Positions 39,320 to 51,250 of a stretch of 64,000 nucleotides of DNA are shown piece after piece (position 1 is the stretch's first letter; every line of letters begins with the position of its first letter). The notes under the pieces were generated by a model. It worked only from the letters and a program-made list of their open reading frames with translations. It searched no databases and was not told the origin of the DNA. The position numbers and the translations under genes are program-made. Source of the DNA: Chiloscyllium plagiosum (Eukaryota); NCBI RefSeq assembly GCF_004010195.1, contig NC_057718.1:71209790-71273789 (forward strand). The letters are read 5' to 3'.

Positions 39320-39830
39320 CATGAAGACCACTGGCAATCTGTTACAAGGGGTCTGTGAAATGCTAAACTAATCAAAAGGTCACTGTGGCAGGATGGGATA
39401 AGAATAGTGGAATACTGCTACACCAATTAGCAAAGTCAGGTTGGGGCTGAAAGGTCACTGTGGTGGGATGAGATAACAACAATTAGTAAAGTCAGCTTTG
39501 CCTGCTAAATATCATCATGGCAGGTTGGGACAGGTCGTGACAATAAATATTTAGGATATGACATTAAATTATTTAATTAATAACTGGTAGAGTCAGCCTG
39601 CTTGAGACCCTTGTGGCAGAACATGACATTAAATATTTATTCAATGGTTAGCAGGGTCAGGCTGGGACAAGAGACCATTGCGCTAGATGGGGTAGTAAAA
39701 TATCTAATCATGACATTAGAATAATATTTAGTAGGGTCTGGATGGAAGATCATTGTGGCAGAGGTGGTAGTAAGTATCTAATCATGACATTAGAATGTAG
39801 GAAAAACTATAGTGGCAGAAGTCGAGAGAT
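39320..39830. repeat. Degenerate tandem repeat, about 7 units of 55-95 bp
   Basis: Recurring (G/A)(T/C)CA(C/T)TGTGGCAG, TAG-A--GTCAG and ATGACATTA motifs; TATCTAATCATGACATTAGAAT occurs twice. Confidence 0.7.
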
Positions 39831-40103
39831 AATATGAACATTCTTTGTTTATTATACATCTGGAGTGAGGTAGTTCTGACTAACAGGTAAAAGGATGAAG
39901 GGTGTTCGGTGAAGGGGTAAATGTAGGGTCTGGGTGGGTTGCGCTTCTGTGGGTCGGTGTGGATTTGTTGGGCCGAAGGGGCTGTTTCCACACTGTAACT
40001 AGTCTAATCTAAAAAAAATTACTGCAGATGCTGGAAACCAGATTCTGGATTAGTGGTGCTGGAAAAGCACAGCAGTTCAGGCAGCATCCGAGGAACAGTA
40101 AAA

Positions 40104-40135
40104 TCGACGTTTCGGGCAAAAGCCCTTCATCAGGT
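40104..40135 (-). ncRNA. Minimal hammerhead motif, family A, in Penelope 3' fragment (40015-40135)
   Basis: CUGAUGA-A-GGGC-UUUU-GCCC-GAAACGUC; stem I truncated. Confidence 0.6.
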
Positions 40136-40199
40136 TGGGCATGATGATATTTAGCTGATAAGCTAACAAAAACAAAAAAGGTATAAAGAGCCACAGACT

Positions 40200-41120
40200 C
40201 TGAAGTTCGGAGGCATTCAAGAATTCGCGCTCTCAGTGTCACGGTTTTTTTGTTTGCAAATAAAAGACCTACTTCTTGCGGAACTCCCCGCGTCTCCTGG
40301 TGATTCGATACATTTTCTCCAGGATAAAAGTAACTTCCCATTCGCCGAAGGACAGTCGAAAAAACCAAGCTTCTTATTCACGCAGACACAACCCCAATCA
40401 CCCAACACACACTTGAAATTTCACAACAGCAACTACGAATACTGATAAACACTTGTTCCCCCAATTCGGAACTCTACTGAATCCTAGAATTTCCTATCCA
40501 ATCCAAGTTGAGTAAAGCAGAACTTCCGGATGTAAATCCCAAAATTGCTTTTTTTTATTAGTTGGCCTCCTGATCTCCTCCAGAAGCGAAATATTCCGTA
40601 TGTAGCTTTTCCATACCACTTACTATTTCAGGACCACATCTGCAAGGCCAAGAACTGGAACCTCTCAATATTCAGACCTAATCCAGTCAATGATTTAATT
40701 TCTAAAACTTCAGCCCACAGGCCCGGTTCACCAACAATCCCGCCCCGACATTCAAGAGGGCAAAACCACGGGACAGGGAATAGTCCTACCTTCTAGTTCC
40801 ACTCACCCCCTCCTTCACAACGCGAAAACCAATCTTCTAAACAAACACTTACAAGTCCATGATACCGGAGAAAATATTCTGCTGAAATCCCCGACTCCTG
40901 GCAGCGACGACCACACGCACAAAGTACGCGTCAGACGCAGAGAACACCTTTCCGGTCAACAGCAGGCGCTCCCCCGTCACGTGATGCCAAGGTGCTGAAA
41001 CTGTGTTTAATGGTATTGTTTGTTCGAAATTGTAGAAAATCATATTAATTTTAACTTAACCTAATAAGTGACGTTTTTGCGACTAATAAACAGATAGCAG
41101 CGAATCATAGAAATTTACGT
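40200..41120 (-). promoter_or_regulatory. CpG-rich promoter region
   Basis: Clear CpG enrichment in unique sequence; GTCACGTGA E-box 40976-40984; ETS motifs TTTCCGG at about 40949-40955 and ACTTCCGG at 40522-40529. Confidence 0.7.
40853..40960 (-). other. Candidate first exon of minus-strand gene
   Basis: Consensus donor GTAAGT at 40852-40847, preceded by ATC-ATG-G (strong Kozak, ATG at 40860); 5' boundary approximate. Confidence 0.55.
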
Positions 41121-41145
41121 ACAGAGGTAGACACAGTCCAGGGTT

Positions 41146-41330
41146 AGAGGAAAACACTGCCAATGCTGGAATCCAAGGTAGAGAAGAAAGAGGCTGGAAG
41201 AACGCCGCAAACCAGGCAGAATCAACCTATTGCAGGTGTAACCCAGGCCCACGGTTACACCTGAAACGCTGCCTGGCTTGCTGTGTTCTTCCAGCCTCCT
41301 GCTTGTCTATATTCGCTTCAGGATTGTCTG
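41146..41330. mobile_element. Hairpin mini-element, Penelope-derived
   Basis: Inverted arms GAGGCTGGAAGAAC...CCAGGCAG / CTGCCTGG...GTTCTTCCAGCCTC; inner stem CAGGTGTAACC/GGTTACACCTG; flanking repeat CACAGT(GGT)CCAGGGTT. Confidence 0.6.
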
Positions 41331-41429
41331 CACAGTGGTCCAGGGTTGTCTGTCTCAACCTCACCTTGGTCCCTAAACTACCGCAGGCACCTCCCAAATG
41401 AGATGAGGTTATCTACCTTTCAGGCCGAC

Positions 41430-43480
41430 GTTTTAGCACCCCTCCATCCTTTTAGGGGAAGCATCCACATACTGAATCAGAAAATTGTCTTGTACACACT
41501 TAAGAAATTCCTCTCCATCTAAAGCTTTAACACTATGGCAGTCACAGTCGATGTTCGGAAAGTTAAAATCCCCTATCATAACCACCATATTATTCTTACA
41601 GATAGCTGAGATCTCCTTACAAGTTTGTTTCTCAATTTCCCTGACTATTGGGGGAGTCTATAATACAATCCCAATAAGGTGATCATCCCTTTCTTATTTC
41701 TCAGTTCCACCCAAATAACTTCCCTGGATGTATTTCCAGGAATATCCTCCCTCAGCACAGTTGTCATGTTATCCCTTATCAAAAACGCCACTCCCCCTCC
41801 TCTCTTGCCTCCCTTTCTATCCTTCCTGTAGCATTTGCTTCCTGGAACATTAACTGCCAGTCCTGTCCATCTCTGAGCCATGTCTCTGTAATTACTATGA
41901 TATCCCAGTCCCATGTTACTAACCATGCCCTGAGTTCATCTGCCTTCCCTGTTAGTCGCCTTGCATTGAAATAAATGCAGTTTAATTTATTCAGCCTGAC
42001 TGTTTGACTCGCTTCTGTTCTCAAATGTACCAGTCTCAGATTGATTGATTTCCTCTCTATCTCCCTGGGTCCCACCCCTTACTAGTTTAAATCCTCCCAA
42101 GCAATTCTAGCAAATTTCCCTGCCAGTATATTAGTCCCCTTCCAATTTAGGTGCAATCCATCCTTCTTATACATCTGGTGCCTTTCTCTTGCATCATGGC
42201 AGATAAAATGAATAAAATAGTTATAACTGTTTAGCATTAAGTTCTGTGAGAAAGAACAATAGCTGCAAGGTTATGTCAAGATTCTTACATTCATTCTCAT
42301 GGTCACTGTGACTGCAGTAGCCATTTTAAACTGAAGACAAATTACTATTGCCAGATGAAGATTGAAAATGGATGCTTTTAATTGTTGATTCCACTATACT
42401 TTATCACATGTCCTGTGCAAATGTATTTTAAATGTTGCAGTTGTACCAGCCTCTGCCACTTTTTCTCTTGCAGCACGTTCCATATAAGCACCACCCTCTG
42501 TGTGTAAAGGTTGCGCCTCAGGTCCCTTTTAAATCTTTCCTCTCCCACATTAAACCCATACCTCTAGTTTTGGACTCCCCTACCCTGTGGAAAAGATCTT
42601 GGTTAGTCACCTTATCTATGCCTCTTGATTTTATAAACCTGTCTCAGGTCACACCTAAGATTCTTACGCTCCAGGGAAAAAGTCCCAACCCATTCAACAT
42701 CTCCTGATAACTCAAACCTGATGATTCAGTAACATCCTTGTAGAATCATCGAATCCCTACAGCTTGGAAACAGGCCATTCAGCACATTGAGTCCACAATG
42801 ACCCTCTGAAGAGGGGACCCACACCATCGCTATAACCCTGCATTTCCCATGACTAATCCATCCTGCCTGCACATTCCTGGACACTATGGATAATTTAGCA
42901 TGGCCAATCCAGAGTCCACACATCTTTGAACTGTGGGAAGAAACCAGACCACCTGTAGGAAACCCACTGTAGACACAGGAAGAATGTGCAAACTCCAGAC
43001 AGACAGGTTCCCGAGAGAAAATAGAATCCAGATCTCGTGTGCTGTGAGACAGCAGTGCCGACCATAAAAGTAAATCCATTTTGCACCCTTTCCAATTTAA
43101 TAACATCCTTCCTATAGCAGGGCAACCAGAATATCGCACAGCACTCCAAATGTGACCTTACCAATGTCTCATACATCTAGAACATCCTTATCCGATACTC
43201 AATGCTCTGACCAATGAAGGCAAGCATTCCAAACACCACCTTCACTACCCTGTCTACCTGTGATGCCACTTTCAAGGAACTATGTACCTGCACCCTTAAG
43301 TCTCTCTGTTCAACAACACTCTCCAGGATCTTGCCATTAACTGTGTAAGTCCTTCCCTGGTTTGACTTAACAAAATGCAACCTCACTTTATCTGAATTAA
43401 ACACCATCTGCCATTCCTTGGTCCACTGGCCTAGTTAATCATGATCTCCCTGAATTCTTAGGGAATCTTCTTCACTATCC
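41430..43480 (-). mobile_element. CR1 LINE fragments (endonuclease region and 3' end) with HE1-type SINE at 42741-43064
   Basis: CIYFNAR, IVITETWL, RGGGVAFLI, LGLYYR; QRDL-VQVHSSLK. Confidence 0.85.
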
Positions 43481-43494
43481 ATTATACGTAGGAT

Positions 43495-44945
43495 TCTGGG
43501 TAATTCAAGATGGAGGACGGGAAAACTTTCTGGCTGTAACAGCTGCTTCTTATATTGAGGTATTTTAGGTGTTGGAGGTGATTTCCTCGAATTCCAGGAG
43601 CAGCAATTACTGTTTTATATGCTGTTGCATTCTTTTGGAACTTAGAAAAAAAAATCAAAACAGCAGTTTTAAAAGGGAGAAGAACAAACAAAGGAAGCAC
43701 ATGGTGAGGTCAGTGCAAGAGAGAAAGAGAGAGAAAGAAACTGACACAGCAGTGAACCTGCACAGTCACTGTTTTTGTTGTTTGAATTCATGTATCGCTG
43801 GACATTGTTAATTTTCCCAGGCGCACTCCAAACAGTGAAATTCACAACTGATCTTGGAGGAACTGTTTGGGTGAAGTTCACAGCACAGAAGCAGATAAGT
43901 GTATTGTTTTTAAGTGGGACCTATAGAAAGTCTGCAGAAGTGAGTAGAGTGAGTTCTTTCTTGATGACATGTTTTTTGAGATATGTCTGTTGATTAAACT
44001 TAAAATATAAGCCATAACTATTAATTTAACCTGGGGCAGTATTTTGTAGAGGAATAAGACACTGTTATTTTCTGGGTCTGTAGATTGTGAAGGAGCAAAA
44101 ATGGCCTTTAGTAGAGTGATAGGCGCTTCTTGTCAGATGTGGGAGTTTAAAGAGAGTTTAAGGGTTTCTGAGGATTATATCTGCAATAAATGCTGTTGGT
44201 TGTGAATCTTATCAGATCAAATGGATCGGTTGGAGAGATGGTCAGGAGCAATGAGGAATTTGCAACGGCAACAGTATGTGATGGATGGCAGTTATAGGAA
44301 GGGGAAAGTCTCAGATACAGTCACATAGATGGGTTAACTCCAGGAAAGGTAAGAGAGGTATGCAGCTAGTGCAGGAGCCTTCTGTGGCTATACTAATTTA
44401 AAACAAGTATGTTGTTTTGGAAAATGTAAGGGTTGATGGATTCTCAGGGGAACATAGCACGAACAGCCAAGTTTCTGGTCTGGAGACTGGCTCTAATGCA
44501 ATGAGGGATACATCAGGTTCCAAGAGATCAATTGTGTTAGGGGACTCTCTAGTCAGAGGTACAGACAGACGTTTCTGTGGCCAGCAGTGAAAAATCAGAA
44601 TGGTGTTGCTTTCCTGGTGCCAGGGCCAGGGATGTCTCAGACAGGGTGCAGAATGTTCTCCAGGAGGAGAGGGGCCAGCAAGAGGTCATTGTCCAAGTTG
44701 GAACCAATGACATAAGAAGAGAAAAGGTTGAGATTCTGCAGGGAGATTAGAGTTAGGCAGAAATTTAAAAAGGAGGCCCTTGAGAGTAGTAATACCTGGA
44801 TTACTCCCAGTGCTAAGAGCTAGTGAGGGTAGGAATAGGAGAATAGAGCAGATGAATGCATGGCTGAGGAGCTGGTGTATGGGAGAAGGATTCACATTTC
44901 TGGACCATTGGAATCTCTTTTGGGGTAGAAGTGACGTGTACAATG
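43495..44945 (+). mobile_element. CR1 LINE 5' UTR and decayed ORF1 (zinc finger plus SGNH esterase)
   Basis: CQMWE...DYICNKC, VLGDSLVRG, VGTNDI, FLDHWNLFWGR. Confidence 0.85.
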
Positions 44946-45164
44946 TGGGAAAGGGAACATGCGAGAATGTAATGCAAATAAAAGCTATAAAATATGCTGC
45001 CTTCTTGCTAAAAATCAGAGATCTCTCAGTAGTCCATCCAGATACATCTTGATTGATACTCTGGATGATAGAATATCGATCTATTGATCTCTCGGCCGGC
45101 TTGATAACAATAAAAGAGTGCTATTTTGCAACCTGTGAGTGGTCCGAGAATTTCTAAGTTTACA

Positions 45165-45455
45165 TTAGATTAGATTCCCTACAATGTGGAAACAGGCCCT
45201 TCAGCCCAACCAGTCCACACCGACCCTCAGACCCATTTCCCTCTGACTAATGCATCTAACAATATGTGCAATTTAGCATAGCCAATTCACCTGACCTGCA
45301 CATATTTGGACTGTGGGAGGAAACCGGAGCTCCCGGACAAAACCCATGCAAACACATGGAGAATGTGCAAACTCCGCACATACAGTCGCCCCAGGCTGGA
45401 ATCAAACCTGGGACCCTGATGTTGTGGAGGCAGCAGTGCTAACCACTGAGCCCTT
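45165..45455 (-). mobile_element. HE1-type V-SINE
   Basis: Head, V-domain and tail as in the other copies. Confidence 0.85.
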
Positions 45456-47159
45456 GTGTTTAGAGGGATGAGCCAAATGCAGGCAAATGGGTTTAGTTCA
45501 GTTTAGGAAACCTGGTTGGTATGCCACAAGTTGGACCAAAGGGCTTGTTTTTCTACTATATGAATCTATGACACTTAAATGAGCATACATCCTGGACAAC
45601 CACATTGATACAATGGACTGGACCTTAATGCAGCAGTCAATCTACTAGCCAAATGGACAGACACAAGAAGTACATTTGTTGAAGTTCCAATATTTTGAGT
45701 GAAAAATGTGATTACTTGTGTCTTCAATTTGACATGTTCCTATGAGTTACAAGTATAGTGGTAGCAATTATGGTTAAAAAAAAATTAAAGAAACTAAGAA
45801 AGAAACAACCCCAAATAGTAACTACATGGCCTATGTAGGAAGATACATGGGTTCTTACCAGAAATTTACAGCAATAATAATGGGTGATTTAAACCTACAT
45901 ATGAATTGGACAATAAAAATACCCTGGAAGATGGATTCATAGAATGTTTCCCAGACAGTATCTTTGTGCAAATATGCTAGTGTCAACTAAGGGCAGGTTG
46001 GATATTTTCCTAATTAACCTATTCAAAAGATATTATTACATAGCTCTAGACTTGAATGCAGGTCTTCTACCAAAGAGATAGGGACAGCACTACTGCACAA
46101 CAAGAGCCCTCCCAAACAGCAGGCTATTCTAGACTCAGCAATGAGCAATGTGATAGGACTGATAAATCTCATAAAGATGTCCCTTGAAAACAGTGATCAT
46201 AACATGATTGAATTTCATATTCAGTGTGAGGGAGAGAAAAGAACGGATTGAACAGTTGAGTTTTAAACTTAAATAAAGGTAATTATGCTGATATAAAGAT
46301 GGATTTGTCCAAAATAATTAGGAAATCTTGAAAAGGGGGTAGGCCAACAGAAATACAGTGGAAGACACTTAAGATGATGTTATCACACAAGTTGCGTTTC
46401 AGTAAGAAAGAAATGAAAAATATGCACCAATCATTACTAATGAAGGAAGTTAAACCAACAAATTGAAATAAAAAGCATACAATTCTCAAATTCTCATAAA
46501 CATTTGTGGCAGTTCAGAAGATGTGACAGGATAGAAAAAATAGCTAAAAATCATAGGGTATAAATTACAGTAGGAGACAAAGCATATGCTATGTTCAAAA
46601 CAGTCTTTCTCCCTATTTTCACCACCTGCCCTTTAACAGAATTTTTTCCACTTCCTGTTTTTTGACTGACTTTGCAAGACCTGGAGTATAGAAGAAGTTG
46701 GGTTTCTTTCACACACTCAGGTACAGGGTGAGAGGAACCTTGCAAACATAGAAGCAGACATAGAATCAGCATGAATAAAAAGATTTTTCAATCAATAACA
46801 ATTTTAAAATAACACATTTAAGGAATACCATTTTATCAATGTTGCTTTTAAAAATGGAATCCAAAATTTCAATGTTGGAGTTAGCCATCTGGAATCTTTT
46901 TCTATGAATGACTGATTGGCTCGCTAGTTGTTGAAAAGTCTTTCTTCTTTAAAAGTCTTCTGAGAAGATTTTACTGAAACATGGCTTCCGCATCACTGTT
47001 TTGATTAAAGGGTGTTTTTCGTTGCAGAGTTCAGAAATGCAGGTTGGTGTCAGTTTTTTTTTAAACTTTTTTTTTTTAAACTTTTTTTTCCCTTTTGTAG
47101 CCTGGAGTTGAAATGTTGATAATAATAGATATTATATGGAGCAGTTCTGACCTGCTATT

Positions 47160-50100
47160 TCAGAATTGTAGCAGTAGAAAGACCATTCGGCGACCCAGCA
47201 AGTCTGAGTCTATAGTGCTCCTCCCAAGACTTGGGCAAAGTGGGCCACCCACCCCCACCACACTCACCAAATCATTTCAAATAGCTGTTTAATTTAATTA
47301 GTTGCTTAGTATTAAATTTAAACAATCTAATCTTTCGTAAAAATGACTAAAGGGAAGGAAGCCCGCAGCTCTCAGCAAGCAGGAACCCCTCACCCACCCT
47401 CTCCAGCTGCAGCTGAGGCGTCCGCAGCCGCTCCGGGGGACTTACCTACGGTGGCAAGTCTTGTGGAAATCATCTCCAAACTGGATGCGAAGATCGACGC
47501 TTTCATCGAAGAATCCCAAAGTCGATGGGACTCACTCTCGGCCGCGCTGCAAAAGCACAACCGAGACATGAAAGAAATCGAGCGCCAAGTCAGAGGGGCG
47601 GAGCTAAAGGCCGCGACCTCCAAAACTACAGCGCAATCGGCCGTGGATCGGGTCCGGACTCTCGAACAGCGAGTCCGGACTTAGAGAATCATATTGATGA
47701 CCTCGATAATCGAGGTCACCGAAAAAAATATTCGTTTGCTGTGCCTTCCCGAACGGGAAGAGGAAGGCCAGCTTACAGCGTTTCTTGAGCAGTGGCTGCC
47801 ACAGCTTTTAAATCTGGAGGCCAGATTAGGCCCGGTAAGGGTGGAATGGGCCTACCAGTTTGCAATACATGGGCCCGGCTTGAACCAGCGCCTTCGCCCG
47901 GTCCTGTTCCAGCTGCAGAGCGATAGGGAGAGGCAGATACTCCTAGAAGCCTCTAGAAATCTTGGAAAAGATTCCCAAGCCATGATCTATAAAGGATCCA
48001 AGATCATGTTATTCCAGGTCTTTTCCCCAGCTCTGGTCCGGGGAATGTTGGCGAAGAAGTGTTTAGGGACTTAAATATTCAGTACTCCTTATGCTACCCA
48101 GCAACGCTACGCTTTAACCATGAAGGATCCGTGTATAACTTCGGATCGCCAGAAAAGGCGAAGGAATGTTTGGACTCTCTTAGATAAATTGTAAGAGACA
48201 ATGGATGTTGGTTTGCCTTTACCCCATTTACCCCATTCCGGTTTATATCCCCCCCCCCTTTTCTTTTTTCTTACCTTACTGTTTAATATTATCTTGGGGG
48301 GGTGGGGAGAGGGATTTATTTATTTGTTCTCTAGTTAACAATTTTCTCCCCCCCTTGGGGTTGTTTTTTTTTATTATTCTATGTATATTCTATTTTACCT
48401 CTGTCTCTAGGAGCGGGGTTGTTTTCCCTTGCTATTTTGTATTATTATATTTAATTATTATTTGTTAAGGTTGTAATTTTATAGTTATATATGCTTACAC
48501 ATGGTATTAACATTATCAAATATATCCAGGTGTGGGTGGGGCGGTAGGGTGCTCACTGTTAACTCTAGCTTTGTATTATATCTGAATTCTCCTCATCTTA
48601 TTGAGGAGCGCCTGGGTCAAAGGTGGGGCATTGGTTGGGAGGGGATACGATGGACCTTTGGAAAGGAAGTGATACCCCCTGGGAACAGGGGGAAAATCTC
48701 CATTTAAATATGTTTTTTATTATTATTTAGAAATAGTTTTTTATTATACTGTTGTGAGTGTATTAGAGAGCCTTTAGTTTTGTGAATTTTATATGCTCTA
48801 TGCTCGGGATGTTCTGGATAGGGTTTCCCCTCCCGAGGGGTCTCGGATTTGCCCGGATGATTATGGTTGATCAGTCGGTTAAGTGGTGCACCTGGAATGT
48901 CCCCCCCGGCACACCCTTTTAAATTTATAATGGAAGCCTTCTCAAAATTGATGGCTTTTGGTGCCCGTCATACAATTATAGGGGGAGACTTTAATTGTAT
49001 TATGGATCCGGAAATAGATAGGATTCCCAAGAGTACTGCAGGAGTATCTCCCAGATCTAGACAATTGGTGGATCTGAACGAAGAATTAGGATTAGTAGAT
49101 GTCTTCATCCACAGGGTAGAGATTTTTCTTTTTACTCCAATCCACATGAATGCCATACCAGAATTGATACGTTTTTTGCCCCCTCGATTTTTTTAAATTC
49201 CATATCATCCTGTAAAATAGGTAGTATAGCAATTTCCGACCATGCTGCTGTATATATGGAAACCAAGGCGAGGACATCCCCTCGGCATTGGCATATGGAC
49301 CCCTTTCTAATGAAAGACAGTAAATTTGTAAAGTACATCTCTCAAGAATTTAAAACTTTTTTAGAAATTAATTTAGGTACAGCTAGCAACCCATCAATGA
49401 TGTGGGAGACCATCAAAGCTTACACGCGAGGTTTGATCATCTCCTACTCAGCGACCCAGAAAAAATTAAAGGGAGAACAACAGCATCTGCTTAAAAGCAG
49501 CTGAAACTGCATATGCTGATAGACCTTCTATTATTAAATTGCAAAGGATTACGGCCCTTAGGACAGCTCTAAACACTACGCTTACCCAAATGGCTCAGAG
49601 GGAAATATTATTTGCAAAACAAAGGTTATATGAATTTGGCGACAAACCGGGTAGATACATAGCATTTCTTGCAAAGAAAAAAAAGGCCCCTCAAACTATC
49701 ACGTCTATCAAGGAAAGTACGGGTATTTTGACTCATGATCATAAAAAGATTAAATGCAATCTTTAGAAAATTTTATTCTGATTTATATAAATCGCAGGAG
49801 TGTGAAGACAGGACGAGGAGGATGCAATCATTTTAAAAAAATTTGACCTTTCCCGCCTAACTCCGGAACAGGTATCGGTCTTAAATGCTCCCCTAACAGT
49901 CCAAGAAATACTTGATGCAATTAGGCAACTTCAGAGCGGTAAGGCACCGGGCCCAGATGGTTTTCAAGCTGAATTCTATAAAGAATTTACAGAAATATTG
50001 GCTGGTCCACTTATGGACATGTATAACTATGCATATAGTCAGGGTTGTCTCCCACCTTCGCTGAAAGAGGCAAATATCTCTCTTATCCTTAAAAAAGGAA

Positions 50101-51250
50101 AGGATGCAGAAGATTGTATGTCATACAGACCAATATCCTTGCTAAATGTAGATTTTAAAATCCTTTCTAAAACGTTAGCACTGAGACTAGAAGGGGTACT
50201 GCCACATATTATAAAGGAGGATCAGACGGGGTTTATTAAGGGCCGTAGATCATCCAATAATATTAGAAGGGTTTTGAATATGATTCAAGCCTGTCATCAG
50301 GGAAAGATACCAGGAGTAGTAGTTTCATTAGACGCGGAAAAGGCATTTGATAGGGTTGTTTTACATATTTGTTTTACACATCGGAAAGATTTGGCATTGG
50401 AAAGGTGTTTATCAAATGGGTCTCAACATTGTATAGTGATCCCAAAGCAGTTGTGGTTACCAATGGATTAGGTTCGGATAGCTTCAGTGTGGGTAGGGGG
50501 TGCCGTCAGGAATGTCCCCTCTTGCCATTGTTATTTACATTAATAATTGAACCACTAGCAGAAGCTATACGGGCTGATCCTAATATAACGGCCCCGAGGA
50601 TTGGTACAGGTCAACATAAAATTACCCTTTATGCAGATGATGTTCTTCTATTCCTCAGTAATTCTCTGATGTCCATACCTCGCTTAATCCAAGTTAATAC
50701 ATTTAGCGCATTCTCAGGCTATAAAATTAATTTCTCAAAATCGGAGGTTTTGCCAATGGGTGGCCTTGCTATGATACCCCACTTAGTGGACGGATCCCAC
50801 TTTCCCTTTCGGTGGTCCCGGGAGGGTTTCTTATTGTTGTGGTTCTGTTCGCCGAGCTGGAAGTTTTTGTTGCAAACGTTTCGTCTTCTGGCTAGGTGAC
50901 ATCATCAGTGCTTGGGAGCCTCCTGCGAAACGCTTCTTTGATGTTTCCTCCCCTGGAGGGTTTCTTATATTTAGGTATTTTCAGTATTTGGTCAGTTATA
51001 CAAGGCTAACTTTGTGCATTTACTAGATAGGATAAGGCAGGACCTCCAGCGATGGGGAGACCTTCCAATTTCCTGGCTGGGTAGAATAGCACTAATTAAA
51101 ATGAATGTCCTGCCCTGTCTCCTATACCCTAGGAGAACGCTTCCGGTGATGCTGCCGAGGCTGGCACTCCGTAAATTATATGGCTGGTTGGGTTCCTTTA
51201 TCTGGAATCATAGTCGGCCCCTCATTAAGCTGAGGAAGCTACAGCTTCCT
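47160..51250 (+). mobile_element. L1-clade LINE, 5'-intact but decayed and 3'-truncated (ORF1 47343-48187, ORF2 from 48863)
   Basis: ORF1 coiled coil plus DDLDNRG-RKNIR, RPVLF, YPATL; ORF2 WNV, GGDFN, ISDH, GKAPGPDGF, YRPISLLN, SLDAEKAFDRV, LYADD; T-rich inter-ORF spacer. Confidence 0.9.
50835..50950 (-). mobile_element. 116-bp Penelope family B terminal fragment carrying an intact hammerhead (50872-50911)
   Basis: 18-bp TSD CCC(G/T)GGAGGGTTTCTTAT; GCA-CUGAUGA-U-GUC-loop-GAC-GAA-ACGU-U/UGC. Confidence 0.8.

Noticed and set aside
39320..39830. CRISPR-like array
   Set aside because: Eukaryotic context, degenerate units with no fixed repeat/spacer length, and no cas genes
47043..47100. GT-AG intron
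   Set aside because: 58 nt is shorter than typical vertebrate introns and the donor is weak
47343..51250. Active L1 or domesticated L1TD1-like gene
   Set aside because: Stops and frameshifts in both ORFs, an endonuclease deletion and 3' truncation
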